Origin: Octopus bimaculoides
Lineage: Eukaryota
Assembly (NCBI RefSeq): GCF_001194135.2
Contig: NC_068991.1
Location: 65,221,240-65,285,239 of the forward strand
Direction: 5' to 3'
DNA: 64,000 nt
Part shown: positions 61,908 to 64,000 of the stretch, piece after piece
Layout of the letters: each line of letters begins with the position of its first letter
How positions within the stretch are numbered: the stretch's first letter is position 1
Notes under the pieces: model-generated
The model's database searches: none
Seen by the model: only the letters and a program-made list of their open reading frames with translations
Told to the model about the DNA's origin: nothing
Program-made: the position numbers and the translations under genes

Positions 61908-62295
61908 GTGGAGGCGCAATGGCCCAGTGTTTAGGGCAGCGGACTCGCGGTCGTGGGATCGCTGTTTCGATTCCCAGACCGGGCGTTGTGAGTGTTTATT
62001 GAGCGAAACCACCTAAAGGCTCCACGAGGCTCCGGCAGGGGATGGTGGCGAACCCTGCTGTACTCTTTCACCACAACTTTCTCTCACTCTTACTTCCTGT
62101 TTCTGTTGTGCCTGTAATTCAAAAGGTCAGCCTTGTCACACTGTGTCACGCTGAATATCCCCGAGAACTACGTTAAGGGTACACGTGTCTGTGGAGTGCT
62201 CAGCCACTTGCACGTTAATTTCACGAGCAGGCTGTTCCATTGATCGGATCAACTGGAACCCTCGACGTCGTAAGCGACGGAGTGCCATCAACAAC
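61908..62295 (+). mobile_element. SINE family B inserted in (TATG)n
   Basis: Highly similar to 29749-30131 over its full length. Confidence 0.92.
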
Positions 62296-63157
62296 AGAGT
62301 ATGTATGTATGTATGTAACAATGTGTGTGTGTGAGTGCGCGCGTGCGCATATATCTTCTATTCATTGTTCGCTGAAGCCTGATCAAAGAAGGCAAAAGTG
62401 GGCCATAAATGTTATTTGAAACAGTTTCTTGACGACAGAAATCTGGACAACTTAGCGATACGAAGCTGTGATTATATAATTTGTTTTCATCAGTGGGGAT
62501 ATTTTGTTGTTGTTTAACTCTAGGTCAGTTCTGATTAAGAGAATTATAACCAAAAGGTATTCTATCCATAAGCATCTAGTATTTTTGTCAAGTTTTTCAG
62601 ATTCAATATATTTATGATTATATTATCCAAGGTATCTCTTTCCTTCGGCGGAAGAGCAAACTTTGAGGGAAAGTTAGCAGCTAGTCCTAGCAGAGCTAAC
62701 AACAACACAAAAGCTCCCTCAGTGACTCGTCGTAGAACATTTTTGTAACAGAAGGCCGATAACTATCGGTTCTGAACGTGGAAAGACGGCACTAACCCCT
62801 CGATTTTTAAACTAGTTTTGAGGCCTCAAATGTTCTAGGAATAGGATATTGTGTATGGGTAGTTGTGATGTTCAAAGTTGTAGTTTTTCTTTAGGCCGTT
62901 ACTTACTGAATTATAGTAAAATTGAAAGCGGCAAATTGTCAGAATCAGTTGCACGCCGGACATAATAGTTAGCGACGTTTCTTTCCGCTTTGCGTTCTGA
63001 GTTGAAATGCAGCCGACGTCGACTTTGCAATTTATGTTTTGGAGTCGATAAAATTAGTTTAGTACTGGGTCGATTACATCGACTTAATCCCATTCCATAA
63101 AATTACTGGCATTGTGCCAAAAAATTTGTATGTAACATTAAAATCGATCGATTTGCA

Positions 63158-63529
63158 TGCAGTTCACCGTCATAAAAAAGTGAAAGTAAATTGTCTTAAA
63201 AGATAAAAGTAAATTGCTATAGAAACCGGTAGTGATATCAGTGACATCCCATAATTTCATGTAAACAATGTATGTGATATAATCAATGTATATAACATTG
63301 ATGCAAGATATAAAATTCATGAATAGTTTTTCACGATCTTCAGATTTGTTTCGCTACGCATGAGCATGAAAATATGATGTAAATGAATAATCACGAGTCC
63401 CACTTTGATGCTTAGGTTTCTTCTTGGCGAGCGTCCATAGCCCTTCTGTCATCACTTCCGGTTTCTATCACAATTTACTTTCATTTTTTAGGACATTTAA
63501 CTTTCACTTCTTCACGACGGTAATCAGCA
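63158..63529. mobile_element. Second member of the same TIR family, ~85-bp imperfect TIRs
   Basis: Left arm TGCAGTTCACCGTC...AGAAACCGGTAGTGAT pairs with right arm ATCACTTCCGGTTTCT...GACGGTAATCAGCA. Confidence 0.65.
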
Positions 63530-63663
63530 TGTTAACCAAACCAATCTTACATTAATTAGTCACAAAGCTATGAATTTATTAGTAAAAGGTAATTACTGCT
63601 TAATGGAGTCTTCACCAAAAGTTTTCGTGTCTTACGCTGCTTGCCACACATAGAATATTTAGT

Positions 63664-64000
63664 AGGAGTGGCTGTGTGGTAAGTAGCTTGCTTACCAACC
63701 ACATGGTTCTGGGTTCAGTCCCACTGCGAGGCACCTTGGGCAAGTGTCTTCTACTATAGCCTCGGGCCGACCAAAGCCTTGTGAGTGGATTTGGTAGATG
63801 GAAACTGAAAGAAGCCCGTCGTATATATATGTATGTGTGTGTATATGTCTGTGTGTCTGTGTTTGTCGCCCCAACACCGCTTGACAACCGATGCTGGTGT
63901 GTTTACGTCCCCGTAACTTAGCGGTTCGGCAAAAGAGACCGATAGAATAAGTATTAGGCTTCCAAAGAATAAGTCCCGGGGTCGATTTGCTCGACTAAAG
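63664..64000 (+). mobile_element. SINE family A, young copy running off the window
   Basis: Intact A/B boxes; most CpGs retained. Confidence 0.9.

Overview
Eukaryotic, AT-rich, gap-ridden genomic DNA whose repeat content looks like a cephalopod, most likely Octopus sp. (recognised from memory, not from a search). The only protein-coding gene I can support is the 5' end of a MAPKBP1/WDR62-family WD40 gene on the minus strand. Its first coding exon is 40665-40582 (MDKPSISRKVLRSPNLRRKKNTVPVDQR), followed by a ~39.9-kb intron and a 92-nt exon at 684-593 ([31 protein letters not shown]). Neither exon appears in the ORF track, which is almost entirely microsatellite and N-gap artefact. The rest is tRNA-derived SINEs (at least three families), RTE, R4/Dong and Tx1-like LINE 3' fragments, a piggyBac transposase relic, hAT-, piggyBac- and Merlin-like MITEs with recognisable TSDs, a ~1.07-kb solo LTR, several hairpin elements sitting in (TA)n tracts, and a 21-bp minisatellite. 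Most notable: (i) a Merlin-like element (GG termini, 8-bp TSD) built as nested inverted repeats around a (CCCTAA)n(TTAGGG)n palindrome, present twice; (ii) a CpG-decay boundary near 36 kb that matches the inferred gene body; (iii) a polarised 21-bp minisatellite bounded by AG/GT with an open Lys/Arg/Ser-rich frame antisense to the gene; (iv) stacked R4/Dong 3' ends in (TAA)n; (v) tandem SINE units sharing the same junction at two loci.
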